A DNA stretch of 63,440 bases, filler included, from Stramenopiles sp. TOSAG23-3 (Eukaryota), in NCBI GenBank assembly GCA_900128585.1. It is 20 parts of 20 records of this genome, joined end to end, with 100 filler letters (N's around TTAATTAATTAA, not from the genome) between each part and the next. Parts side by side here need not be neighbours in the genome. Positions count along the whole stretch, not along the records: positions 1 to 3,092 come from LT644420.1; positions 3,193 to 6,282 come from LT644421.1; positions 6,383 to 9,472 come from LT644422.1; positions 9,573 to 12,661 come from LT644423.1; 16 more parts are not named here. The stretch is one strand, 5' to 3'. Under the pieces are notes generated by a model. It saw only the letters and a program-made list of their open reading frames with translations, did no database searches and was not told the origin of the DNA. Below are positions 1-9,766 of the stretch, piece after piece. How positions within the stretch are numbered: position 1 is the first letter of the stretch; each line of letters starts with the position of its first letter. A program made the translations under genes and the position numbers.

Positions 1-1
1 G

Positions 2-1156
2 GAGGACAACCGGCACGTCGTCGAAGTCGCCCAAGCCTTTCCGCGGGTCGAGGAGTCCCCCGCCGAGGAAGCCGGGCCGGGCAAGGCGAAGCGGCGCGCG
101 GGCGACGTCGACGTCCGGACCGTGGACATCTCCGACCTCTCCCGAATTCTAGAAATCAGCACGCTGAGGGTGTACGTAGGGAAGGATTACCGCTCCAAGG
201 AAAGCCGGAAGGCGCTCTGGGAGACCATCAAAGAAGTGTTCAACAGGTTCGAAGGCAGCGGCAACGACTACCTGCTCCCGACGCTGCACCCGGTGGACGA
301 CATGAAGGTCGGGCCGAGCAAGCAGAACACGGTGGACGGGAGCGCCGACGCGGTCGAGCAAAAGTTGCACAAGCTTGTAAAGAGCCGGGCGGACATGTTC
401 GCGCGGCTGAAGAACCACGTGCTGACGGCGCGGGGCAACAAGGACGAGCTCCTGAAGCAGTACAAAGAAAAGTTCGAGCTGGGGAGAAAGATCAAGAAGA
501 ACGAAGATGATATCAAAGGCACGCACAGCATCGAAGAAATGCAGCAGAAGATTGAGCGCATGAAGGGCGTCCTTCGCAGGCTTGGGCTTACGAACGCGGA
601 GAACGTCGTCCAGCTGAAGGGGCGCGTTGCGGGCGCGATATCGACGTCCTCCAACGAGCTGTTGGTGACGGAGCTCATCTTTACCAACGTGTTCAAGGGC
701 ATGGACGCCGGCCAAATCGCGGCCCTCTTGTCTTGCTTCGTTTACGGCGATGGCGGCGGCTCGAAAGACAAAGACGACACTCCGAGGCTCCGCACGGAGC
801 TTGAGCAGCCGTACCGCCTGCTCCGAGACAGCGCGAAGCGCGTGGCAAAAGTCATGGAGGAGAACGAAGCGCTGGAGGACATGTCCGTCGAAGAGTACGT
901 CGACTCGTTCGACCCTGGCCTGATGGAAATCGTGTACGAATGGGTCAACGGGAAGAAATTTTTTGAAATCTGCAAGCTGAATAAGAAGATCTACGAAGGG
1001 AACATCATCCGGTGCATGAGGCGGTTGGAAGAGCTGATTGCAGAGTTGAAAAAAGCCACGAAAGTGGTCGGGGACGACATGCTTCGGGAAAAGTTTGAGC
1101 AGTGCAGCACCAAGATTCGCCGGGACATTATATTTGCCGCCAGTCTGTACTTGTAA
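2..1156 (+). CDS. MTR4: Exosome-associated Ski2-like RNA helicase MTR4/DOB1, C-terminal part (5'-partial)
   Basis: Frame is open from the contig start. Contains arch/ratchet motifs (VLRRLG..VQLKGRVA..ELLVTELIF), DSHCT YEGNIIRCMRRLEEL and the terminal IRRDIIFAASLYL. Confidence 0.9.
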   Translation, partial: EDNRHVVEVAQAFPRVEESPAEEAGPGKAKRRAGDVDVRTVDISDLSRILEISTLRVYVGKDYRSKESRKALWETIKEVFNRFEGSGNDYLLPTLHPVDDMKVGPSKQNTVDGSADAVEQKLHKLVKSRADMFARLKNHVLTARGNKDELLKQYKEKFELGRKIKKNEDDIKGTHSIEEMQQKIERMKGVLRRLGLTNAENVVQLKGRVAGAISTSSNELLVTELIFTNVFKGMDAGQIAALLSCFVYGDGGGSKDKDDTPRLRTELEQPYRLLRDSAKRVAKVMEENEALEDMSVEEYVDSFDPGLMEIVYEWVNGKKFFEICKLNKKIYEGNIIRCMRRLEELIAELKKATKVVGDDMLREKFEQCSTKIRRDIIFAASLYL

Positions 1157-1169
1157 AAAAATGTAAATT

Positions 1170-1197
1170 TAAAAACAAACAATATTGACTGTTATTT
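1170..1197 (+). promoter_or_regulatory. Variant of the recurrent 3'-end motif (TAAAAACAAACAATATTGACTGTTATTT); a second core TTGGCTGTTA lies at 1225-1234
   Basis: Lies 14 nt after the MTR4 stop in sense orientation and resembles the copies at 3515, 13936 and 46045. Confidence 0.4.
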
Positions 1198-1277
1198 AAA
1201 AAAATATCTCATATATGTTACATCTTGGCTGTTACTTCAAATTTAAATTTTATCGTCCTCACAATGTGACCGCGAAA

Positions 1278-1352
1278 GTGAATCTGCTCCGTTAGTCCAT
1301 TACGAATGTGAATCTGCTCCTTTAGTCCATTACGACTGCAAATCCGCTCCTT
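1278..1352. repeat. 30-bp tandem repeat, about 2.5 copies (GTGAATCTGCTCCkTTAGTCCATTACGAmT)
   Basis: Units start at 1278, 1308 and 1338 (third is degenerate). Confidence 0.8.
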
Positions 1353-1437
1353 TTCTGCGAACTTATCTCTGCTTCTGAGATTTAATTTATACTCAATAAA
1401 CTTCGTAAAACTTACACCCCAACACTCTCATAATAAT

Positions 1438-2715
1438 TTAAAACATGCTCGCTCTAAACATCGACGTTTGGCTTGGGGAGCTACCACTTTGGCTTTTCCA
1501 ACTTCCAGCAGCCACGTACGCCTCTGTCCCTTCGTCCGAAACTTGACAACTTGTTGCCCAGACTTGACCGGGAAAAGTGGCAGAAAAGATGGGTTTGCCA
1601 TCGCCATGGTTTCCTTTGAAGACCATCATGCTGCCGCTGTCCTCGGTGCAACCCCATGACCCTAGCACAACAAGCTCGCCCTTTGCTGTCACAGACAGCC
1701 CCCGTGGGAGCACGTAGTTGAAGGAACCGCCGCCCTGGCAAACCTGACTGCTTTCCCAGATCTGGTCCACGGCAGAGCCATTGATGACGTGAGCCCTCAG
1801 AATAACAGTCGTCCCGTCTTGGTCACCCCAAACCACAGCCAATGTTGGGGACTCCGATGTGCCTTGGCTCATCGCTAAGGTAAGCGGGTTCATTACGTTC
1901 ATGCCGGATTTCGGAGGTGTCAGCGTCGATATCTTTGAGAACGCAGCCCTTGCACCCTTTTCAGTGGAACGGGCGTACACGTCTACTTGCAAACCGTCGT
2001 TGGAGGTGAGTGCGAACAGGGTACCGTCCCCGTTCAGGGCAATGCTTCCTCCACCAACTGCATCTTTTTCGGACCAAACAACTTTACCGCTTTTCTCAGC
2101 ATAGTTGTAGTCGACGATCGTATTGACACTTCCAAAGAGTGCCCCTATCGTGTAGACATCGCCCCGTTTGTGCGCTGCGACGGTCACGAGCTGCGGGTCG
2201 AACGCACCTTGGCCCGCAACTTTGTGAGTAAAAGTAACCTTGCCCGAATCGTCCACCAGCTGCAACGTACCGGTACGGTTGTTCAAGTGCGCTTCGTCCG
2301 GATTGGGTTCATACAGGAACGCGGAGAGCTTGCCGTCGTTGGATATGTCGACAGGGGTTTCCATCGATGGGGACACCGCTTCGGTCCGGTGAAAGTTCCC
2401 CGGTCCGCCGAGAAACGTCGTGCCCTTCAGCTTGTTCCACCCCATGCCGGCGACTACAAGAGTTTCTGCGTCGACGGCCAGCTTGATCTGAGAGAGCCCT
2501 GGCACGGACGGCCCGGCACTTTTACCCTTTTGTACATCGTAATAGAACAGGCTGTTTTCTGAGTTGTCGGGGCAGTCCCTTCCTCCTACCGCAACCACAC
2601 CGTGCTTTAACGATATTGCAAGGGACAAAGGGTCGTACGGTGCAGTTACATTGGTAGCCCATAACGCAGAAAACGCCCCAAAACCTGCTGCGAGCAGACT
2701 TGAAACGGGGGCCAT
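1438..2715 (-). CDS. Hypothetical, probably secreted beta-rich (beta-propeller-like) protein
   Basis: 425-aa intronless ORF with a hydrophobic N-terminus, blade-like motifs (DISNDGK, IALNGDG, SVTAKGE) and N-glycosylation sequons. Confidence 0.6.
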   Translation of the reverse strand: MAPVSSLLAAGFGAFSALWATNVTAPYDPLSLAISLKHGVVAVGGRDCPDNSENSLFYYDVQKGKSAGPSVPGLSQIKLAVDAETLVVAGMGWNKLKGTTFLGGPGNFHRTEAVSPSMETPVDISNDGKLSAFLYEPNPDEAHLNNRTGTLQLVDDSGKVTFTHKVAGQGAFDPQLVTVAAHKRGDVYTIGALFGSVNTIVDYNYAEKSGKVVWSEKDAVGGGSIALNGDGTLFALTSNDGLQVDVYARSTEKGARAAFSKISTLTPPKSGMNVMNPLTLAMSQGTSESPTLAVVWGDQDGTTVILRAHVINGSAVDQIWESSQVCQGGGSFNYVLPRGLSVTAKGELVVLGSWGCTEDSGSMMVFKGNHGDGKPIFSATFPGQVWATSCQVSDEGTEAYVAAGSWKSQSGSSPSQTSMFRASMF

Positions 2716-2792
2716 CGTATATCACTCTATCTATCTAACCCGTGGTTAACGAAACAGTCCTCTAATCCAAACAATAAAACGAAAACACTGTC

Positions 2793-2885
2793 AGAAGAAA
2801 GAAAGAAAGACAGAAAGAAAGACACAAAGAAAGAAAGAAAGAAAGACAGAAAGAAAGACAGACACAAAGAAAGAAAGACAGAGAG
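2793..2885. repeat. (AAAG)n-type microsatellite
   Basis: Seen directly in the sequence. Confidence 0.85.
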
Positions 2886-3408
2886 GGAATGAAAGACACT
2901 AAACTGGAAACTGGAAACATAAACACAAATAATACTTCCATTCTTTCTCCTCGCGTCAAAAGTCAAAAGTAAATACACACTTTGTATACTTATAACAAAG
3001 GTAGGGTTAGGGCTATCAAAGATATTTCTTTAATTCCTCCTTTCTTCTCTTCTTTCATAAATTCGTAAAAAAAGAAAGGAAAGAAAGAAAGANNNNNNNN
3101 NNNNNNNNNNNNNNNNNNNNNNNNNNNNNNNNNNNNTTAATTAATTAANNNNNNNNNNNNNNNNNNNNNNNNNNNNNNNNNNNNNNNNNNNNTTTAAGTA
3201 ATAAATTTATACAAACAACAATTTTAGATTTCGAAGGAACCAATGATTGATTACAAAAGAGAGAGTCTTAAAGCATTACTAGAGGTAATATTTTTTTTAT
3301 ATATTAATTACGTTTGTGGTGGTTAAGAGTAAGTCTATTAAGTGTGTCCATAAGAATTTTTATTTAATGTCGGGTGTTAATGTAACTCAATAAAAATGTT
3401 TGTTTATG

Positions 3409-3434
3409 TTGGGTTCTTGAACGGTTTTACCTTC
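3409..3434. repeat. 26-nt dispersed repeat TTGGGTTCTTGAACGGTTTTACCTTC, copy 1
   Basis: Identical to 63415-63440 on a different contig. Confidence 0.85.
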
Positions 3435-3514
3435 TTTTTTTCTTTTCTTGACTTATTAAAACATACTATAATATAATTTGTTTGACTAATATAATTTTTT
3501 TTTGTACTAATATG

Positions 3515-3540
3515 TAACAGCCAATTTTCTTGTTTTTATT
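3515..3540 (-). promoter_or_regulatory. Recurrent 3'-end motif AATAAAAACAAGAAAATTGGCTGTTA
   Basis: About 90 nt after the TauE stop in sense orientation; 25 nt are identical to the copy at 46045. Confidence 0.5.
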
Positions 3541-3630
3541 ATGAGGGTATGATTTACAAGACTTCGGCTGCAAGTCATGATCAATACGAGCGAAGATTAT
3601 TATGTCCCGCCTTGTGATGGAACGGCCTCC

Positions 3631-5208
3631 TTAGGCCTGGCACAAATCAACGAACGCAAATGGAACGCCTGCGCTAATGTTTGACGAAATTTTCATCACT
3701 GTTATGACTGTCATCATTATTGCTGCTATCGTAATCACGATGGCCAACAGGAGAATGACAACCGCTTGCTTCCCCGTACGCTTCAGGTAATCTTGCAGAA
3801 CTTTCCTCCCGATTAGGCCCGAGCAAAAGGTAATGCAGACGTACCATAAGAAATAGTCCCATGTGCTCGTATCGGCCACAAAGTATTGCAGCGTCGCCGC
3901 GCTGGCGGTGAACAGGGTCATTAACGCAGTTGTTGCGTTGGAGACGACGGGGTGCAGGTTGATCTCCAAGAGCAGTGGGCCGATTACCATTCCTCCCCCA
4001 ATGCCCAAAAGAGATGACAGGAGCCCCGAAATAAAAAACATTAACGGCCATACCAAGACGTTCCTGTTCGTATACTTCAAGTCTCCCTCGGCAAATTCGT
4101 AATCAATTTCTACCTTTTGCAAATACTGTTTGTTCAATCGCCTGCCTTGCCAGAACGAAAAAAACGCCAGCGCAGGGATGTAGCACACCGAGATAATGAC
4201 GTACACGGAGCTCCCACAGTCAACGCCGAAGCGGATGCCTAGGGCGATGGCGATAACAGTGGCCCAGCACAGACACAACATACCGATCGTCAACCAAGGC
4301 TGCTTCGCTTCCTGTTCCGTAACACTCCTGACGAGGGCTTCGGAGGCTGAAACTTCCTTGTCCCCGTCCATGAATATGCTGTCTTTTGCGTCTAGCGGGG
4401 CTTCCTGGCTCTGCAAGTACAAACTCTTCGATTTGCTCAATTTGGCCCCCTGGACCTTCTTGTCGCGAACCTCCTTCTCCTTGTCCGCATACTTTCGGTA
4501 CGATCTCCACGTTTTCCTGCAGATTAGCATCAACAGGAACAAAAGTAAAATGTAAATCAGCAATGAGGGGAAGACCTTGTTCAGCATTTTCCCCGGCACA
4601 GTACCCAGCAAAACAATAGGCTCCAGGAGCAGAGTGGCCTCAAAGTCCATCAAAGGCCGATTGCGCACTGGGTGTCGTCGGGGCGCGATCATGGTGATCA
4701 TCGCAATGGCCAAGCCCGTCGAGGCGCCTAGCGAGCGCTCGACCGCACCTTTCCCCCAACCAAACAAAATGAAGAGGGGGACGTAAATACCCCCTCCTCC
4801 TATTCCTGCCCCAGACGCCAGGCACCCTCCAAAGAACGTCAGGACGCTCGCGACACCATCCTGCCACGTAAATGGGTCGAAGAGACCCTTGGTTCGGCAC
4901 TCCATATCGTACGGGTGCACTCGTTTGTCCGACGTGGTCAGGCAGGCGCGGTACAGGGCCCCGTTCATGTCCCCCACCATGCACTGTGCAGTGCTGGTGC
5001 AGACTTGGCAAGTATACGCATCGCCGTCACTGTCCGACACGGTGGCGTTGATGGGTTTTATGCACGTAAACTTTCCACAGTCGTCAAGCTGGTTTTGTGG
5101 ATTGCAAGCAGCCCCCACCCCTTTCGAGGTCACCATGGGCAGCACCGCCAGGAAGGCAACGGCACTTGCCAGAAGACTAGCGCTTCGACGGAACGAAGCG
5201 GGACTCAT
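3631..5208 (-). CDS. Sulfite exporter TauE/SafE (DUF81) family membrane protein with signal peptide and Cys-rich N-terminal domain
   Basis: Twin motifs GAGIGGGGIYVP and LGIGGGMVIGPLLL, RHP..RPLMDF, and multiple TM helices. Confidence 0.9.
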   Translation of the reverse strand: MSPASFRRSASLLASAVAFLAVLPMVTSKGVGAACNPQNQLDDCGKFTCIKPINATVSDSDGDAYTCQVCTSTAQCMVGDMNGALYRACLTTSDKRVHPYDMECRTKGLFDPFTWQDGVASVLTFFGGCLASGAGIGGGGIYVPLFILFGWGKGAVERSLGASTGLAIAMITMIAPRRHPVRNRPLMDFEATLLLEPIVLLGTVPGKMLNKVFPSLLIYILLLFLLMLICRKTWRSYRKYADKEKEVRDKKVQGAKLSKSKSLYLQSQEAPLDAKDSIFMDGDKEVSASEALVRSVTEQEAKQPWLTIGMLCLCWATVIAIALGIRFGVDCGSSVYVIISVCYIPALAFFSFWQGRRLNKQYLQKVEIDYEFAEGDLKYTNRNVLVWPLMFFISGLLSSLLGIGGGMVIGPLLLEINLHPVVSNATTALMTLFTASAATLQYFVADTSTWDYFLWYVCITFCSGLIGRKVLQDYLKRTGKQAVVILLLAIVITIAAIMMTVITVMKISSNISAGVPFAFVDLCQA

Positions 5209-6382
5209 AGTTTGGAAGGATTAAGGTGCAAAAATCAGTTGAGCTATCAAACCTTTCCTAAATTTTAGAAACAGTAGTATCTAATTTGTGGTGGTGTCGA
5301 AGTTGAATCGAATTACTGAATTAAAGTAAAACTTAAAACATATCATCTGTTCAAATAAGAAAGGGATTACATGCGCATTCTTCTCCTTCTACAAAAAAAA
5401 ATTAATAATAATAATAATAAAAAATATTAAATATAATAAAATAATAATGAAGTTAACGACTACAGGCTACAGCAAGTACTTGAAGAACATATTTAAGGAT
5501 TCGAAATAACTCCAATATAAAAATAATAATACTGTACGTAGTATTGTACCGTAGTAGCTAGACGACTAAAAAAAATAAAAAAATAATAATAAAAATAATA
5601 AATGTATTTTAACTGTATACTGTGTAGTACCACAGTATTGGATTATTTTATTAGTCTATTAATAAAATATCCTGCCTCGCTCCTTCTTCTCTCTATATAC
5701 TAAGCTAGTCTAATATATATACTCATTTATAGGAGTGGAGTATACCACCGTTATTTACGCGTAGATCACCTATTATACCTACCTACCTATTATACCTACC
5801 TATTATACCTACGTACGTTATATGTGCTCCTTCCTCTCCTCTCCTCCGATGTGCTTCTCCTGTTATTTTTTTATTTTGTGCTACCTTGGTAGTCCGTCCG
5901 TCCTCCATACTGCTGTGTCATATAAGATACGAAGTCTAATTGATGTAATATCATCAATATCATGATAGTGTGGTGAGAAAAAGAAGAAGTGAAGTAGTAA
6001 TAGTCACTAAGAAGTATCTTATCTTCTTTTTTTCTTTTTCTTCTTCTTCTTCTTCTAATTTTTTAATAATAATAATTATTATTTTAAATACTGTATTATT
6101 AATAGTTAGTATAGTATTATTATTATAATTTTATTTGTGTAGCTGGTAGTGGATGTTTAGATTTACTACGTGGAAATATGCAATTGTTTAATTTAATCTA
6201 CTTTTAAAAATAGTAATGAGTCCAATCAATGAATTAAAGATTACGTAAGAGTTTCATTAAACGATTGGAAAAGACAGAGAAANNNNNNNNNNNNNNNNNN
6301 NNNNNNNNNNNNNNNNNNNNNNNNNNTTAATTAATTAANNNNNNNNNNNNNNNNNNNNNNNNNNNNNNNNNNNNNNNNNNNN

Positions 6383-9300
6383 GAGGGTCCAAAAAATACG
6401 CGTACGCCCAGTACCACCTATAACCCATAAGCCTAGCTACCGCACCAAAAAAACTGTACCCCACAAACAATCAAGTAAGGCAAATAAGGAAACCCACACA
6501 CCCCCAAACCGAGCCGCAGATGTCACAGCTCAAAACCCTTTCAGACTGTACCGGGGCTTACTTGATTTAATAAAGATGCCACCCTAACCTCCCGGACTCG
6601 CGTGACCTTAACTAACCTAAAAAAAGCTTCAGGCCCAAGCCCATCCCTCAAAACTGTGGAAGTGCCAGGACCGCTTACGAAGTAAAGGCGGCGATAAAAT
6701 CGGCTAAGATCGTAAGGTTGCGGCAAAACCGCACGACCTCCCGTAGATTAGCCGGGTTGGTTGCTAAAACAACAGATCCTACAAGCTTACACCACCTAAA
6801 CCACCCCGCTCCAAGACGGCTCCGCCCCTCACACCCTAACACGGGGCTGACCTCTGCCAAAAGCCCCCCTGCATACAGGAGACGATAGCCAACCCGTCTT
6901 TTTATGCTACACCTTAAACGGAGTAACCACTCACACCAGTTACGTGTTTTTTAAAACTCCTAGGCTAAGACGTCTTATCTCCCAAAACCATACACTGCTA
7001 CAATGCCCTTGGGCTCTGAAGCGTGCCTAAACCTACGTAACACTTAGGAACAGAATCTCATAAACGACCACTCTTAGGCCAGAATGTGAGAACACCTCAC
7101 GCCGCTAACGCATAACGACCAAACCCGAAGAAGTAGGCCCCCTACATCTAACCTAAAACCCCCTAAGACCTCAAACAGGGCCTTGGTACAGGTTAACGAA
7201 AGACCTACACCGTAGGCTAGCTAAGCCTAAGCCCTAAACGTGTACCTAAGAACCAAGAACCCCCCCCGAACCCACGAGTGACAAGCAACACACAGTAACT
7301 ATTGCTAGACTAACTCTCGCATGTGAAACAACCAGAGCACCCTAGGAACTCATAAGCACGCACGGCAACACACGGAGCGGGTGGCCGACGCCTTACCCCC
7401 AACCTGACGGCCACTAACAAACCACCTGGCCCCAAACAATGGCCCACCCGAGCCTAAAAAAGAGGAACAAGCAGCTCCTATAGTTTTAGGAACCCCTCTA
7501 AAGTCAGGTTGTAAGAACCTCTGTACCATTAAAAACCGTAGCCCAGAAGAGTACGCACCAAAAGTAAAGATAAAACGAACTAACCTGGGTAAGGAAAAGT
7601 ACGCTTCCTACCTTTAATTTTTAAGACTGAGGTGCTGTTGGCGCACCACTCCCATAAAGTTAGATAAACGACAATACTATAAAAAATCTGAGAGAGGAAA
7701 AAACGTAAACCCCTTTGTACCTAACACGAACTCCTAAACCGTTACAGTATAAAACGACCCCAACCAACACACCCAATACAGAGGTTGTTTAAAGGATTGA
7801 TGGTGTATTTATACCTTTATAGACCACAGGTTAACTACCCAATTTCAAAGAACTCAAGGTAAGCACAAGCTGCGACAAGAACATATGCGCACCCCCATAC
7901 CGTTAGGGGAGCTTAAACCCCGATCCTTTTGATTAACGACTAATAATTAGGTGCGCTACCACCAGGCCCTACCACCGAACCCTATCGTCGAGCTCTACCA
8001 CAAGAACCCTTACCTGGCAGAATAAAAACACAGGCTATCACTAAAGCCCAGCCGAGTTAATCAAACTTTTTAGACATCCGAGTAAAGATTGGCCGCCTGA
8101 CAAAGTTTTCAAAAATTTAACCACTTTTGAGTACCGTGAAGTCTGGGTAAACTCCGCTAAACACCTTTGTTAGAAGAGATAAGTCTCAACCATACCCACC
8201 TAAGGTCCCTACCGAACCCCATAAACCCTACTGCATTAACCCCAGTAATCCCTTTGTGTTGCTTATCCAAGGGTTAGCCAAACTAACTATACTAGATAAT
8301 CACTTGTGTTTCAAACGAGGGTACAACCCCCGTAAGGAATATTTATACAAAAACCGTTAAAGCACTTACGCCCACCCAAGAAGAGTCGCAGTACTGTGAC
8401 CCACCCCAGACAAGCACCAACTCTTAGCCAGTAGGTCAGCCCCACCAACTATGTAACCACCAGACGCAAACGATTTGGTACTAGATGTGGGCAGGAGACC
8501 AACCACCAAAACTAGCTCGCCTAACGCACGCGCCAATCTTTGTCCTCGTGATGGCTTCTTCCCTGCCCGTGCCCCTATTTTGACGAGCCAACGTGTTTAC
8601 GCGTGCCCGCCTACCCGGGCGGCTAGGCTCCTGCTAAGATGTAATAGTAACCCCCAGAGCGTCGGTAGACATGAAACTAGGTCGTAAGCTGACTAGCTAC
8701 CCCAATAACTACCACGTACCCTTCGCTAAATTAACATAACACTGCTTGAGCGGGTCCCTTTATATCCGTAATCAAACCAAACGTTATCGTATATAAGCCA
8801 CGCTTACACAAGACTTTAACCACTAATGGCCATAAATTTTTGTTGACCAATATATAGTAAAAAAACTAAAGAGTCAGCTTACGCTTTCCTATTGTCCAAC
8901 AAATCCTAAAGACCCAATCAAAAGGACGATTAAAATACTTGATCACAAACGTAGGCCAACCAACCGCACTAAACATGCCACAATAACTACAAAGTTTAGG
9001 CTGATTTTTTGTGCGATAGGGTTAACACTCTGCCACCAAACCTAACGAGCGCCTAAAAGTCTTGTAACGCTCGCATACCTCTCAACCCGGGCTATAATGC
9101 TAGACGCGACCGCGCCTTCTAAAAATAAGACAGAACGAACAACGCGACCACCGCGCCTAAAAACCAGGCCGCGGCGGTTCTAACCCAAACCCACACATAC
9201 AAGGACTACGACTTGCCCAACCTAAGATATGGCCGACACAGACAGTACCAAACCCCTCAGTACAAGGATGTGCGCTCACAACCGCAAAGCCACAAGCACG

Positions 9301-9472
9301 GCACAGCGTGACATAACGGTGGTAAAATTGACGACGGTCGTGAGACGGCGATTAACTGCCACGAATACCCGAGAGCTAGGGTAATAGTATCCAAAAACAG
9401 TGGCCACCCCCCACTTACGACGCCTAACTTTAAGTAGTGGGGGTTGGGTCAGGCGGAGATTAGTTGAGTTAG
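6383..9472 (+). mobile_element. Heavily degenerate Ty1/copia-like LTR retrotransposon relic (RT-RNase H region)
   Basis: No long ORF in any frame. Eroded motifs occur in copia order: KPRSF (~7915), RLAA* (8086, cf. RLVAR), DANDLVL (8463, cf. YVDDLL), SQRVY (8586), CPT*DMADTDSTKPL (9214-9258, cf. CPTxDMxADxxTKPL), then a purine-rich tract AAGTAGTGGGGG (9432-9443). Confidence 0.6.
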
Positions 9473-9766
9473 NNNNNNNNNNNNNNNNNNNNNNNNNNNN
9501 NNNNNNNNNNNNNNNNTTAATTAATTAANNNNNNNNNNNNNNNNNNNNNNNNNNNNNNNNNNNNNNNNNNNNGGATTAACGTTTGTTGTTACAGTGTGTT
9601 ATTATATTATTAATTACGACGAGGAAGGAGGTACCAAGGTATAAGGGTACTGTTGTATTGTTTAATTGCACTTGGCGGCTGCATTACTTTATTCTTGAGA
9701 GTATGTTTGTAAGAACGTGGGGGGGGGGATGGAAGAACGTGAAAGAGAGATCTGGAAAAAAATTCT

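Noticed and set aside
149-975. Antisense and overlapping ORFs here and in other GC-rich genes (e.g. 20602-21306, 29503-30885, 52192-53016)
   Set aside because: Shadow ORFs caused by GC-rich codon usage on the true coding strand.
3001-3012. GTAGGGTTAGGG telomere-like sequence
   Set aside because: Only about two units and not at the contig end.
3093-3192. N44-TTAATTAATTAA-N44 recurring 19 times at ~3.2-kb spacing, like a regular repeat array
   Set aside because: It is an artificial contig linker with stops in all six frames; ORFs containing X runs and adjacency across linkers are artefacts.
3228-3284. Possible small plus-strand exon (ISKEPMIDYKRESLKALLE) between AG and GTAATA
   Set aside because: No recognisable homology, and the next apparent acceptor (3520) is part of the 3'-end motif and leads to a stop after 7 codons.
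6383-9472. Gene in an alternative genetic code or an organellar fragment
   Set aside because: TAA, TAG and TGA all interrupt the frames, the motif-bearing frame shifts, and no rRNA or tRNA was recognised; decay explains it better.
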